Origin: a virus
Taxonomy: Duplodnaviria; Caudoviricetes
Virus record (IMG/VR): IMGVR_UViG_3300002145_000154
Span: 1-57,327 of that record
Direction: 5' to 3' (one strand)
Length of the DNA stretch: 57,327 nucleotides
Program-made: the position numbers and the translations under genes
In this document: positions 43,842 through 53,724 of the stretch, one piece after another
How the letters are laid out: every line of letters starts with the position of its first letter
Numbering within the stretch: position 1 is the first letter of the stretch
Notes under the pieces: model-generated
Databases searched by the model: none
What the model was told of the DNA's origin: nothing
Seen by the model: only the letters and a program-made list of their open reading frames with translations

Positions 43842-45267
43842 GACATTCCCCCGAAGACGGACAGATGACGATACCTTTGCTCAACTCATTTATCCGTTTT
43901 GCTTGTTGAGGATCAGATTCTATAAAACAAGGCGGCTGTACACGGTGTTTCATTTTCATGAACTGCTTGAATTGACCAGCTTTGAACGCAGCCACATCAT
44001 GTTTTCGTCGTTCGTGTGTTGTAGGATAAGGGGCCATCACCAATTTATCGACCACCATACCATGACGAGCTAGCCACTTAAGAGTCTCTTCTCTGTACTT
44101 TTCGATCCGAGCTGTCACGATCATCTTTATGTGAGTGCGGCGGATAGCATACAGAGGCGTTGCATTGCGAATGAAATTAAGATACTTGTCTCCATCATCA
44201 TCCTCATGAGGGTGACAGTCTCTACACAGGATTCCGTCAAAGTCTGTAGCAATCCCTTCACTCATAATGGAGTTGAACAGATTCCACTCCAAGAAGTGTG
44301 GCCATGGAAGATCATGTACCCAAATGTCAGGTTTGACCCTTGCAGCAGGATTACAGTACACGCAGGCTGATATCGCAGAAGGATATGTTTGTCGTACCAC
44401 TGGCATAACATATCTAAACGAATTACCAGACATACAAGTGTCATCTATGACTACAGGCGGTCCTTGCCCACCGGTGTTTCCAGTAAGACGCCAACCATTT
44501 CCAGCCTCGATCAGGTCGTAAGTGTTTTGGCGAAAAATGCTAAGTGGCAAGTGCAAATACATGGCCACCTGAGTTGCTACAGAAATGCCGGAACGTGCAA
44601 CACCTATGATTCTTGATGTGTCTGGAGGAATCTTTGAGACTAGAGACAGTATGTCATCTGCTAGTTGTCTCCGTGAAATGAACTTAGGTCCACTAGCACC
44701 AGGTTTATAGTTGAAAGGACTGTGTCTCTTCGCCCATTGAACGGTCCTTAGGTTTGGAGTAGATGCTGCATTTCTGGCATCCATACGTTCCTTTTCCAAA
44801 TTCTCTAACATCTGCTCATACTTCTCCCTCCCGATCGGACAAGTTTGACAGGACGTCATTCTCTTTATCTTACGAGAGAAGGTGCATTCATGATCCTTGA
44901 CAGACTCATTACTACACGCGTACACTGTAGCTTCTTTTGACGTAGACCCGCAGACATCACATTTCTGTGTTCTGATTGCTTCGCCTCGAAATTCACACGG
45001 CACATCTTCGATAGTCAAAGCACTAAACGCATACAGATTTTTGCGACCACGCACTGTCCGTACTTGTCGTTTCTCCCTATTCTGAGATCGTGAGGGAGCT
45101 TCTACTAACTCTCCCCAAGTTTTCAGCCAAGAATCACGAACCTTATCAGAAACGTCTTGACCACTACAAATCTGGACCTGACGAGCGGATTTTACAGTTC
45201 CGTGTCTTCGACAAACTACGGTCTGCCCTAAAGGACATTCACATTTGAAAGATTCCTCTACTGTCAT
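43834..45267 (-). CDS. Cys-rich domain + type I phosphoribosyltransferase + HAD phosphatase fusion
   Basis: Cys-rich N-terminal ~150 aa; IIGVARSG and VVIDDTCMSGNS PRPP loop; TDFDGILC, IVTAR, FK, FIESD HAD motifs. Confidence 0.8.
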   Translation of the reverse strand: MTVEESFKCECPLGQTVVCRRHGTVKSARQVQICSGQDVSDKVRDSWLKTWGELVEAPSRSQNREKRQVRTVRGRKNLYAFSALTIEDVPCEFRGEAIRTQKCDVCGSTSKEATVYACSNESVKDHECTFSRKIKRMTSCQTCPIGREKYEQMLENLEKERMDARNAASTPNLRTVQWAKRHSPFNYKPGASGPKFISRRQLADDILSLVSKIPPDTSRIIGVARSGISVATQVAMYLHLPLSIFRQNTYDLIEAGNGWRLTGNTGGQGPPVVIDDTCMSGNSFRYVMPVVRQTYPSAISACVYCNPAARVKPDIWVHDLPWPHFLEWNLFNSIMSEGIATDFDGILCRDCHPHEDDDGDKYLNFIRNATPLYAIRRTHIKMIVTARIEKYREETLKWLARHGMVVDKLVMAPYPTTHERRKHDVAAFKAGQFKQFMKMKHRVQPPCFIESDPQQAKRINELSKGIVICPSSGECHA

Positions 45268-46634
45268 TATTGAGTTATCCTAATTATCAGTTGCTCTTGA
45301 CAACAAAGACCATAACAAGGTGAGACATCGCCTCCTGATGGTTCCATCACGTATTCTAAAAACAGTGGACTACAAGAAGCTGTGTCAGGGTCTGGAAATG
45401 CATAACCTGTCCAAGTTGTTCCACAAGGATTTGCCTGGACACTCCATTGCAAGATGTACCGAGTTGGGTCAGCAATTAGACTGTCATCTGGAGCATCGTC
45501 ACAAGACAAAAGAGGATAGTAGAGCCGAGCAGAGATCACATATGGATAGTTGTGATCGTGTGGGATATTGCTAGGATGCGTGTGTTCAAAATCGCATTCA
45601 CTGTCTATCGTGAATTCCCAGTGCCAAGCCTGAGACGGACATCTGGGATATTCCTCGGGTTCTGGGTCTAGTGGATTGCCCGTGGGTTCAGAGTCACCAT
45701 TGGACCTTGTGATTCCATCAAGGGATTCACAATTGTTGGCTATGATAGACATGATAACGCTTTCCAGTATGCATTCGCTTTTGAGCTCGGAACAAGCCAG
45801 AGGACATTCTTCGCTGTCTAGCGGCAGACAGAGGCAGTCATCTACGATTTTGAGCGTTTCTAATCCGAGGACATCCGGATCATCCTTGATGGTTTCCTGA
45901 ACATTTACAGAGCAAAATTTACCAGGACTTGTTAGAGGAACGTTGTATTCCACAGTGTCATACGAATTACTGATCACAGATACGGTTAGACCACAGATGG
46001 GAGGCTCGCCCAGAGTGATTTGGACTTCTCTAGTCTCTACCGAACCGTCTAGCTTTGAAAAGGAGAATGTGACTGGATCATATCCAGAACATCCATCCCA
46101 AGCAGTGATTTCCTTGAATCGAGACGGAGCACAATCTGATTCAGTGATGTAAGTGATACATAGTTCATTTGGTAAGCAAGAACATCCGTCTAAGCAACTA
46201 CCACACTCAAAGTAGATGTTTGGATTTGCTTGTCCTGCTTTTGGAAAAACTGAGAACGATGAAGCTAACACGTATTCATCAGGTTCTACGGTCACAGAAA
46301 AGTCTGTTGTTTTTATGTTCTCAGAAGCCACCTCTACGAGATCATCTAGATAGGCATATTTCACTCGAACTACGAAATAGCACTCTCCAGCAATTTCCTC
46401 CAGAGTTATGGTTGCGCCTTCTATTCCACCACACCAATTAACACTATCAGGGTCTAATAGTGACCAAGATAGATTTTGGTAGACGTAAGTCGCTGTTGTG
46501 AATGGACAACAAGAATCGTTGGTAAGGATGGTCAAACACAAATTGGTGGGCACACAACCCGAACAAGGGGCACAACCCGATAATTTCGTATGACATTCTC
46601 CACAGGAGCACTGTGCTTTCGGTCGAGTCAACAT
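45267..46634 (-). CDS. cysteine-rich acidic tail-associated protein
   Basis: About 34 Cys in 455 aa, internal C..P..LC.T repeats; follows the tail genes; start reassigned to 46634. Confidence 0.55.
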   Translation of the reverse strand: MLTRPKAQCSCGECHTKLSGCAPCSGCVPTNLCLTILTNDSCCPFTTATYVYQNLSWSLLDPDSVNWCGGIEGATITLEEIAGECYFVVRVKYAYLDDLVEVASENIKTTDFSVTVEPDEYVLASSFSVFPKAGQANPNIYFECGSCLDGCSCLPNELCITYITESDCAPSRFKEITAWDGCSGYDPVTFSFSKLDGSVETREVQITLGEPPICGLTVSVISNSYDTVEYNVPLTSPGKFCSVNVQETIKDDPDVLGLETLKIVDDCLCLPLDSEECPLACSELKSECILESVIMSIIANNCESLDGITRSNGDSEPTGNPLDPEPEEYPRCPSQAWHWEFTIDSECDFEHTHPSNIPHDHNYPYVISARLYYPLLSCDDAPDDSLIADPTRYILQWSVQANPCGTTWTGYAFPDPDTASCSPLFLEYVMEPSGGDVSPCYGLCCQEQLIIRITQ

Positions 46635-46645
46635 CTCTATGCGTC

Positions 46646-47329
46646 CTAACATCCTATAGAGCAGCAAAGGGCAGCAACCCGCCAATGAGAAGTTTCGATA
46701 TCGTAATCAGAACAAGGATTGTCTCCTTCAAATCTATGAGCGATACCGTTAAGTCCTATCAGTAGGTCCTCACGTACATTGAAGAAACAACCTAGACCGT
46801 CCAACACACTGATTGTGTCCCCAACCTCAACTGACGACTCGCCAACACCCAACGCGGTCACTTCTGCTTCGACACAACCAGCTTCGCAATCTGCACTCAG
46901 AATAGTGAACTGGATTGTTCCGCCACCACCACCACCTCCACCAGACATTGCGAGCCACTTACCAAATTTGTCTCGCGTAACACCCATTGGCTTCTTCTCA
47001 AGTTCTGAGAGAGTGACGTTGTGAACCTTGACCGAACGTCCGATTTCCTGAAGGATCGGCTCATTAAAAGCATCAGTTCCAACGCGATAAATGTCGCACA
47101 CACCAATACCTGGAATGTCTCCATCGCCACTCTCGGTCAATGCAGGGATACCGTTCTCGTCCTGAGGAACTGCAATGTATGTCTCAGGAGCTTGATGATC
47201 TTCAACTTCTCGTGCTCCATAAGTAGAATTGGAACGGTTTTTCAATCTAGTCGGATCGCTTTTAACGATCGCAACAACCTCTCGCAAGATTGCGACATCT
47301 TCTGCTGATAAGACATATCCTTCCGCCAT
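46646..47329 (-). CDS. probable tail tip protein with poly-Gly hinge
   Basis: Position after the distal tail genes; SGGGGGGGG linker. Confidence 0.5.
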   Translation of the reverse strand: MAEGYVLSAEDVAILREVVAIVKSDPTRLKNRSNSTYGAREVEDHQAPETYIAVPQDENGIPALTESGDGDIPGIGVCDIYRVGTDAFNEPILQEIGRSVKVHNVTLSELEKKPMGVTRDKFGKWLAMSGGGGGGGGTIQFTILSADCEAGCVEAEVTALGVGESSVEVGDTISVLDGLGCFFNVREDLLIGLNGIAHRFEGDNPCSDYDIETSHWRVAALCCSIGC

Positions 47330-47331
47330 GA

Positions 47332-47754
47332 TTACCTCGGAAGCAGTTGGAGCACGGCTGAGATCAGTTTCCCTGCTGAGCGAAACGTGATTTTGGAAGG
47401 TTCTTGAGCAAGCTCAAGGTATTGTGTTTGTTTCGGACGTACTCGAAGTACAAGACCATCGATTTCAAGCAAAAGAATGCTCTGATCGTAATTATCCCGA
47501 ACGTCTTCACCGTCTGTTAACAAGGGACACTTGACATCTGTTGTATTCGTTACAAGGAGTACAGGATTTCGTCCTGTGAACCATCCTAGATCGATGGTTG
47601 ACGGAGTAGGAGACACCTCTCGATAGATTCGTTCGAACGCTTGCTCGTCTTCTGCACACCAGAAAGCAAACGATGATCCATACGAATCTGCGGAAAGCTC
47701 TCCGTAGGAGTAGTATGTCTGGCTGACATGTGTGACACGACTCTGTCGACTCAT
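47332..47754 (-). CDS. probable minor tail protein
   Basis: Beta-rich; ATGA-coupled in the tail operon. Confidence 0.5.
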   Translation of the reverse strand: MSRQSRVTHVSQTYYSYGELSADSYGSSFAFWCAEDEQAFERIYREVSPTPSTIDLGWFTGRNPVLLVTNTTDVKCPLLTDGEDVRDNYDQSILLLEIDGLVLRVRPKQTQYLELAQEPSKITFRSAGKLISAVLQLLPR

Positions 47755-48779
47755 AGGGACACCGCCAAATCCGTTGGAAGTCCTAGAAGTGTGAAATCTG
47801 TTTCGATGTACTTTTCGACTGTGATGTAGAGAGGATCGATCAGTTGTGTTCCAGCAGACAACGGGAGTGGTTCTCCGTTTTCATCCAGTAGACAACGAGT
47901 ATTTTCACCGTTCCTATCTTTGTATCGACTGAAGTGTTGAGGATTAGACGGATCAGGAGCCTCTCCATCTATGCAGATGAGTTTCCAATCAGAGCCTGCT
48001 GGTTGAGAATTTGCTGTCCCTGCACCACGACATGCATTAGCCAGATCTGCTGCATCTTTTGCCCACTCACCGTGAAGTGCTTTGGTTCCCTCGTTAAGCA
48101 ACTCACGATCAAATGTGTCATAGTTAATGTCAAACTCAAACTTCCTCTTGAAATAGAAATTGCAGACACCGTACAGTACTCGCTCCCAAGCGATAGAACT
48201 GATTTTGATCGTTCTCGGAGGAAGTCCCCAAAGAGTTGTATCGTTCACCGTGTTTGCCATTTCAGCAAGCAAAGGCAGTTCCAGATCAGCAACATTTTGC
48301 TCGATAGAAACTGTTGGTCGAGAGACATCAAACTCGACATTTGGGCCCCGGAACAATTCAAACGCTGTGTTGACGATTAGATCGCCGAACCGATCTCTTT
48401 GTGCTTCTTCTGTTTGACGAATAAAAGAACCAGAGACTCTTTGTGGTTCCAGGAGTGGGTCTTCTATTGTTTCATCCTGACACCGCTTCAATGGTTTGGT
48501 TGAGAACGTCTGCTCTACAACCCACCAGCGATTAGGGTCTCCCTCTTTTTCCTGATGAATAGAGACTCTGGCTGATGGGCGGCAAAATGCCCAAACATCG
48601 AGGTCACCGTCAAAGTTCCATTGATCTCCGATCTGAGGAAGTCCTGCTGCTTGAATAACATTTGCAGGACCATCGGTGATTTCACTTTTGACAAGATGCT
48701 TGATCGTGTATGTACGATGACCTTCATCATCCCGTTGAAGACTCCAAGTTCGTTGTCCAGAGAGTACTGTTATTGTCAT
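47751..48779 (-). CDS. probable distal tail/hub protein
   Basis: Immediately downstream of the tape measure gene; beta-rich. Confidence 0.6.
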   Translation of the reverse strand: MTITVLSGQRTWSLQRDDEGHRTYTIKHLVKSEITDGPANVIQAAGLPQIGDQWNFDGDLDVWAFCRPSARVSIHQEKEGDPNRWWVVEQTFSTKPLKRCQDETIEDPLLEPQRVSGSFIRQTEEAQRDRFGDLIVNTAFELFRGPNVEFDVSRPTVSIEQNVADLELPLLAEMANTVNDTTLWGLPPRTIKISSIAWERVLYGVCNFYFKRKFEFDINYDTFDRELLNEGTKALHGEWAKDAADLANACRGAGTANSQPAGSDWKLICIDGEAPDPSNPQHFSRYKDRNGENTRCLLDENGEPLPLSAGTQLIDPLYITVEKYIETDFTLLGLPTDLAVSL

Positions 48780-51700
48780 GATGTTGCCTCTAATCCTGCC
48801 AAGAGAAATCCGTTACCAGCCGACTTCTTTTGTAGTTCCAGCATCTGCTCACTGATTTCAACAAGACGCTGGAGTGATGTCTGAACATCTTGATCTTCTT
48901 CGAGATTTTGTCCCAGAACAGGAACAGCCTGAGAACGTTGTCCTGGGACGAGGAAGTTGTCCGCCTGATTTGTCAGATTGTTGGGCTTCAGGTCTACAGC
49001 AGGTAGGTTCTGGACCAGATCTTCTGTGAGACCTGCTCCTGGTAGTCCTAGAAGACCTGAGGCATCGGCGACTAAGCCATGTGTCGGATCTTCCAGAGGA
49101 TTTTTCCTGATTTGGCCTTCCATGTATTCTTGGATACTAGCGAGAGCTTGGGAGCTACCTTTGATCGCAGCGTCTACACCCTGGACGTTAAAGTCGATGT
49201 TCACCGACTTGTCTTCGATTTCGTCCATTTCTTTCTTAGCATCGATCAGAGCTTTGTTGTAAGTCCCTGTGTCAATCGCTCCTGCATTAAAGAGTTCTGC
49301 AAGATGTTCTTGTGTCTTGGCAAATTTCTGTTGCGGAGAGAGATACTTTTCAACCAAAGACTTGCCTTCGGCTAAGAGTTGCTTGTGTTTCGTTGCAGCT
49401 TCGATCTGTTTTTGCGTTGCCTTAACTCCCTTCAACACTTCCTCTGTTGCTCCAGCTGTTTGGAGCTTGTAGATTTCTATCTCGGCTGAGGTCATGTTGA
49501 CTGTGGCAAGTTGGGTGTCTAAAGACTCTGTAAGTCCTTTGACCTGGGACTCTAGTTGAGCAGCTTTTGTCATCTTTTCGATGTTGGTATTAAGAGCATC
49601 GACAATCCTCATCTGCTTTTCAAAGTCAGCTGCAACTTCTTCATTGCCTTGTCGAAGAGCCTCTTGCATTTGGAGTTGTAACTGGAACGATTGAGTCTCC
49701 GCTGGATTCATCCCAAAGAACGTGACCTTGTTCTCCAGAGCTTGAATCATGTCATTTCCAGGTTTCAAGTGAGCAGTAGAAGCTGCTCTCGCTTCTTCAG
49801 TTTCCTTAGCAACAACCTTTGGGACGGCCTCTCTCACCATCTTTAGTTGTTCTTCGATCTGAGCTTTTCGATCTTCTAGTTCTTTCAGAACAGCTTTTTC
49901 AGCTGTTATTGTTTGAGCGTTGATCACCGCATCTAACAGACCAAACTCGTCTTCAATGTATTTCTTCTGACCTTCAATTGAGGAACCAATCCCTGCTAGG
50001 TTCTTTTCAAGATCCAGTTCCATTTTTCGTAGAGCAGACTCTTGTCGAGCTTCTCCGCTGAGTTCAAACACTGCCGAGAGATCAGATTCGAATCGAGTCT
50101 GGTTTGCTCCTGCAACTTTTTCGTTAATTTTCGCTGTTTCAGCGAGAGCTTCGTTGAAATCGTGAACATCCTGCAATTTACTCTGTAACCATTCGAGTCC
50201 TGAATAGGTGAAAACAATGTTTGCAGCAGCAACCGACAAGTCTTTGAGGTACTGAATAAATTCTTGAAGAGCCGGTGTTGCTTCGATAAAAGCACCCCAC
50301 CATTCAGTCATTTTCTCTTTAGAGTAGTTGAAGGCACTGCCAACAGATCCAGTTAACATTTCTGCTAGGTGTCCGAGAGGTACTATCAGATTGTTATGGA
50401 GTAGGTCTCCGAGGGATGCCAGCTTTGCTCCTAGAGTTTCTCCACGAGAACCGAGAGTAGCAAACAAACCAATGATGACGGCCAGAGTAGTTGTTACTGG
50501 GTTAAACAGACCAAGAAACCTACTTCCCCAAGTGATCAAGAATTGGAAAGGTTTCAAAACAAGTCGAGCAGCTTTAGTGACTAAGGTGAACTTCCCTCCT
50601 AGGAGTGTTAGATTCTGACTGAGAGCTGAAGTCTTAGTGACCACCTTAGAAGAAGTGAATGCAACATCGATCACATCATCTGCATATTTCGAGGCAGCAT
50701 TTGTGGCTCCTCCTGTCATACCCAAGAGTCTTGGACCTTGAGCTGCCTGATTAGCCATACCCAAAAGATTTCCTCCTGCACTGACTCCTGAGGATGTTTT
50801 GGCAGCAAGAGCAATCATTCCATATGAAGCAGTAATCCGGGAAGCAGCAACGGCAGTTGTTGTTGCATATGCATGCATTGCTGCTGAAGATGCAGCAGCA
50901 GATGTCTGGACAGTGGCAGCAGTTGCTGTGGCAGTAGAACCAACACGGATCAGGGCTGTAGAGGTTGTTGCTGTGGTAGTGTTCCACGCTTTCCAGGTTG
51001 TCGTGACCCACGTGTAGACTTTGATCATCTGAGAACCTGAAGCAATCAGAGTGCCCATCATCACAATCATTGGACCGATAACTGATGCTCCAGCAGCAAT
51101 CACTACAACTACGTTCTTGAATGGTTCAGGAACTTTGTCCCAGATGTCAATGATCCCCATTCCGAAAGATCGGATATGACTAAAGACAGGAGCAATCCTG
51201 TCTCCAATATCAATCATCAGGATTTTCATTTGAGCCATTGCTTGATTCATCTTGTGCCCAGCAGTGTCAGCAACAGCTGCAAAAGCATCATCGAGAATAC
51301 CAGCCGAGTTGGCCACGTCATCGAACACTTGTTGTGCATCAGCAGCAGCTGATCCTGTGAACTGGAGAGCAGCTGTAAGACCTTCTGAATCCGTGAATAG
51401 TTCGTTCAGTTTGATCCCAGCTTCGTCTGCTCGCTCTCGAATCAGGACGAGAGTTTTGGCCAAACCTTGTTTTTGGGCCAAACCTTGTAACTGATCAATT
51501 GTCAGTCCCATTTTGGCGAAATTCTTGATCGATTCTTTAGAACCACCGATCAGAACTCTAAGGATACCTTTCAAACCTGTGGCAGCAAGAGAGGCATTTC
51601 CTGTGGTTTTGGTCAGGAAGGCTAGGCCGGCTGCCACCTGTTCAAATCCAATTTTCATGGATGCGGTAAGAGGTAAGATTTGGCCAAGTTGAGGAGCAAA

Positions 51701-52282
51701 CTGAGACGCTTCTGCCTTACCAGCACGAACAGCAGCAGTGAGTAGTTCAGTTGCTCTTGTCGCTGACAAATTAGAATGTCCATAGGCATTCATTGCAGAA
51801 GTGACAGCATCTGCTACAGATGTTGTACTCCCAAGACCTGAAGCAGCAGCTTTGGCAGAAACAGCGAGAGCTTCTGAAGCGTTGGCTCCTCTCAGTCCGG
51901 CCGAAGTGATAAAGAACATAGCTTCAGCAAGTTCTGTAGGAGCTTTTCCTGTCTCCATTGCTACTGTCATGATTTCTTTACGAAATCCATTGACTGTTTC
52001 CTTAGAGAGTCCCACAAGGCCAACGATTTGACTCATTGCTGTCTGGAACTTTCCTGCTTCCAGCCGTGCGACAGCAGAGATTCCGGCCAGAGGCAATGTT
52101 AAGTACATTGAGACCTTCTGACCGAAACCCTTCATTTTGCCTGCTACATCGTCGAGAGCTCTGGGCACATCTTTCTGGAAATTGCTGATTGTCTTAGACG
52201 CCTCTGCCATGACTTTTTCATAAGAAGAACCATCACCAATGAGGCGAACAACCAAGCGTTGTATTTCCGTTTCTGTAGCCAC
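48776..52282 (-). CDS. tail tape measure protein
   Basis: 1168 aa, Ala-rich helical; LVVRLIGD N-terminus, LTLPLAG, TGKAPTELAEAMFFITSAG core; follows the chaperone pair. Confidence 0.92.
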   Translation of the reverse strand: MATETEIQRLVVRLIGDGSSYEKVMAEASKTISNFQKDVPRALDDVAGKMKGFGQKVSMYLTLPLAGISAVARLEAGKFQTAMSQIVGLVGLSKETVNGFRKEIMTVAMETGKAPTELAEAMFFITSAGLRGANASEALAVSAKAAASGLGSTTSVADAVTSAMNAYGHSNLSATRATELLTAAVRAGKAEASQFAPQLGQILPLTASMKIGFEQVAAGLAFLTKTTGNASLAATGLKGILRVLIGGSKESIKNFAKMGLTIDQLQGLAQKQGLAKTLVLIRERADEAGIKLNELFTDSEGLTAALQFTGSAAADAQQVFDDVANSAGILDDAFAAVADTAGHKMNQAMAQMKILMIDIGDRIAPVFSHIRSFGMGIIDIWDKVPEPFKNVVVVIAAGASVIGPMIVMMGTLIASGSQMIKVYTWVTTTWKAWNTTTATTSTALIRVGSTATATAATVQTSAAASSAAMHAYATTTAVAASRITASYGMIALAAKTSSGVSAGGNLLGMANQAAQGPRLLGMTGGATNAASKYADDVIDVAFTSSKVVTKTSALSQNLTLLGGKFTLVTKAARLVLKPFQFLITWGSRFLGLFNPVTTTLAVIIGLFATLGSRGETLGAKLASLGDLLHNNLIVPLGHLAEMLTGSVGSAFNYSKEKMTEWWGAFIEATPALQEFIQYLKDLSVAAANIVFTYSGLEWLQSKLQDVHDFNEALAETAKINEKVAGANQTRFESDLSAVFELSGEARQESALRKMELDLEKNLAGIGSSIEGQKKYIEDEFGLLDAVINAQTITAEKAVLKELEDRKAQIEEQLKMVREAVPKVVAKETEEARAASTAHLKPGNDMIQALENKVTFFGMNPAETQSFQLQLQMQEALRQGNEEVAADFEKQMRIVDALNTNIEKMTKAAQLESQVKGLTESLDTQLATVNMTSAEIEIYKLQTAGATEEVLKGVKATQKQIEAATKHKQLLAEGKSLVEKYLSPQQKFAKTQEHLAELFNAGAIDTGTYNKALIDAKKEMDEIEDKSVNIDFNVQGVDAAIKGSSQALASIQEYMEGQIRKNPLEDPTHGLVADASGLLGLPGAGLTEDLVQNLPAVDLKPNNLTNQADNFLVPGQRSQAVPVLGQNLEEDQDVQTSLQRLVEISEQMLELQKKSAGNGFLLAGLEATS

Positions 52283-52285
52283 GAC

Positions 52286-52636
52286 TTATCCCTTCTTCTT
52301 TGGTGGAGTGACCCAACCAATCCAACGAGCTTTAATGGCTTCTATCATGGAAGCCTTGTCCGTCTCTGGAACTTTCGTTGGACGCTTCCTTGTCTCAAAC
52401 GGAATTTTCATTTCAGAAAGTTTGAGACGTTTTCCAAAGATCGACTTGATTTCTAGGGCAATCTGCATCAGATAGTGATCTGATCTGGAAGGCTCATTCA
52501 TCTGCTCATCAAGCCAAAGCATCCATGCCTGGAGCTCTCTGGTAGTATGTTCTTGCATACATTTCTGGAGAGGCATGTTGAGATGAGAAGCTAGACGAAA
52601 CCAATCCCAGTAGACTGCCTTCAGTCGTCGTTTCCC
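52286..52636 (-). CDS. tail assembly chaperone, frameshifted (GT) segment
   Basis: The -1 frame from GGGAAAC reads RRLKAVYWDWFRLASHLNMPLQK..., continuous with ORF 52286..52576. Confidence 0.8.
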   Translation of the reverse strand, partial: GKRRLKAVYWDWFRLASHLNMPLQKCMQEHTTRELQAWMLWLDEQMNEPSRSDHYLMQIALEIKSIFGKRLKLSEMKIPFETRKRPTKVPETDKASMIEAIKARWIGWVTPPKKKG

Positions 52637-53058
52637 AGATCCTGTTCCGCTTCGAGTTCGGCCAGACGACGCTGGAGAGCTTCAATTTGTTTCTCAATCT
52701 TTTCAGGCGTGTCATCACTCAGGCTCGGAGTGATCTGCTTTGCCTTTGTGACAATAGCATCCACCACACGATCAGGCCACTGTCTGATGATTTCAACTGG
52801 GACAAGACGTTTCGTCTCATCGTCATACAGACACTGACTGATCAGCAAGAGATCGATATGAGCGATGTCACCACTTGCACCTGAAGGCTTCCCAGCCTCG
52901 AATTTGGTGGCCTGGATGGCTGCTGCTTTGTATTTGGCCGTCCCTTCTCCGGAGGGTTCTCGGAGAGTGTAAGATCGGACAGTACCCGAAGCGTCTTTCA
53001 CCTTCACTGGATACTCAACACGTTCAAGGGAACTGAAATCAAGGTCGTTCTGTGTCAT
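52621..53058 (-). CDS. tail assembly chaperone (G)
   Basis: Between tail tube and tape measure genes; ends LGNDD over the slippery site. Confidence 0.8.
   Translation of the reverse strand: MTQNDLDFSSLERVEYPVKVKDASGTVRSYTLREPSGEGTAKYKAAAIQATKFEAGKPSGASGDIAHIDLLLISQCLYDDETKRLVPVEIIRQWPDRVVDAIVTKAKQITPSLSDDTPEKIEKQIEALQRRLAELEAEQDLGNDD
52630..52636 (-). other. -1 programmed ribosomal frameshift site G GGA AAC
   Basis: X XXY YYZ heptamer in the correct frame, two codons before the stop; joins the two chaperone ORFs. Confidence 0.85.
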
Positions 53059-53233
53059 TTTGGTATGCTCCTACCGGGTTGAAAACAAGCGTACTCGTGT
53101 GAGACACGCTGAGACGCGATTTAAGGACTCGTGGTCCTGGTTCAGGGTATTTACCGAAGGACAGGACAGCTCGTCCGTGAGCGTCCTGCCAGGTCCTTGA
53201 GGGATGAGGGACGTCCCTGTCCCTCGACGACCG

Positions 53234-53710
53234 TTATGTTCCTGGCACGTTGACCAGAACTGGAGCTTCTTCTTCTCCAGTTGTCGGGTCTTGGTTTGTC
53301 GGAACGATAGAGACCGAAGCTGTCGGCTGGGCACCTTCCGCGAGTTCTCCCGGCTCGAAAGATTTCAAGAAACCATAGAAGGAGAGAGTACTCCCATCAG
53401 GGAAAGTGATAGTGACCGTTGTTTCCACATTGATGAGATCTAGAGCTCGGGTGTAGAAGACAGGATCGTATGCCATTGTGGTAGTCATTGGAGTCAGTGT
53501 GAACAGACTCCGAGGAGACATTGTGCGATACGTTGTGTTGTGCATCGTTGTGGTGTCTACACCATCACCACCATCGATGCCCGGTGGTGTGACCGACTTT
53601 TCCCAGAGTTCGATATCTGGGTCGGCTTCGAACGTGATCAGTGTCTGATGCCCATCATCCAGCTTGATGCCTGCTGGGGTCTGACGAGCGGTTGCGGAGG
53701 GAGCAGTCAT
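53234..53710 (-). CDS. major tail tube protein
   Basis: SVTPPGIDGGD.VDTT.M, VTITFPDGSTLSFYGFLKSF.P; AGGAG RBS. Confidence 0.8.
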   Translation of the reverse strand: MTAPSATARQTPAGIKLDDGHQTLITFEADPDIELWEKSVTPPGIDGGDGVDTTTMHNTTYRTMSPRSLFTLTPMTTTMAYDPVFYTRALDLINVETTVTITFPDGSTLSFYGFLKSFEPGELAEGAQPTASVSIVPTNQDPTTGEEEAPVLVNVPGT

Positions 53711-53724
53711 GATTGACTCCTTGG

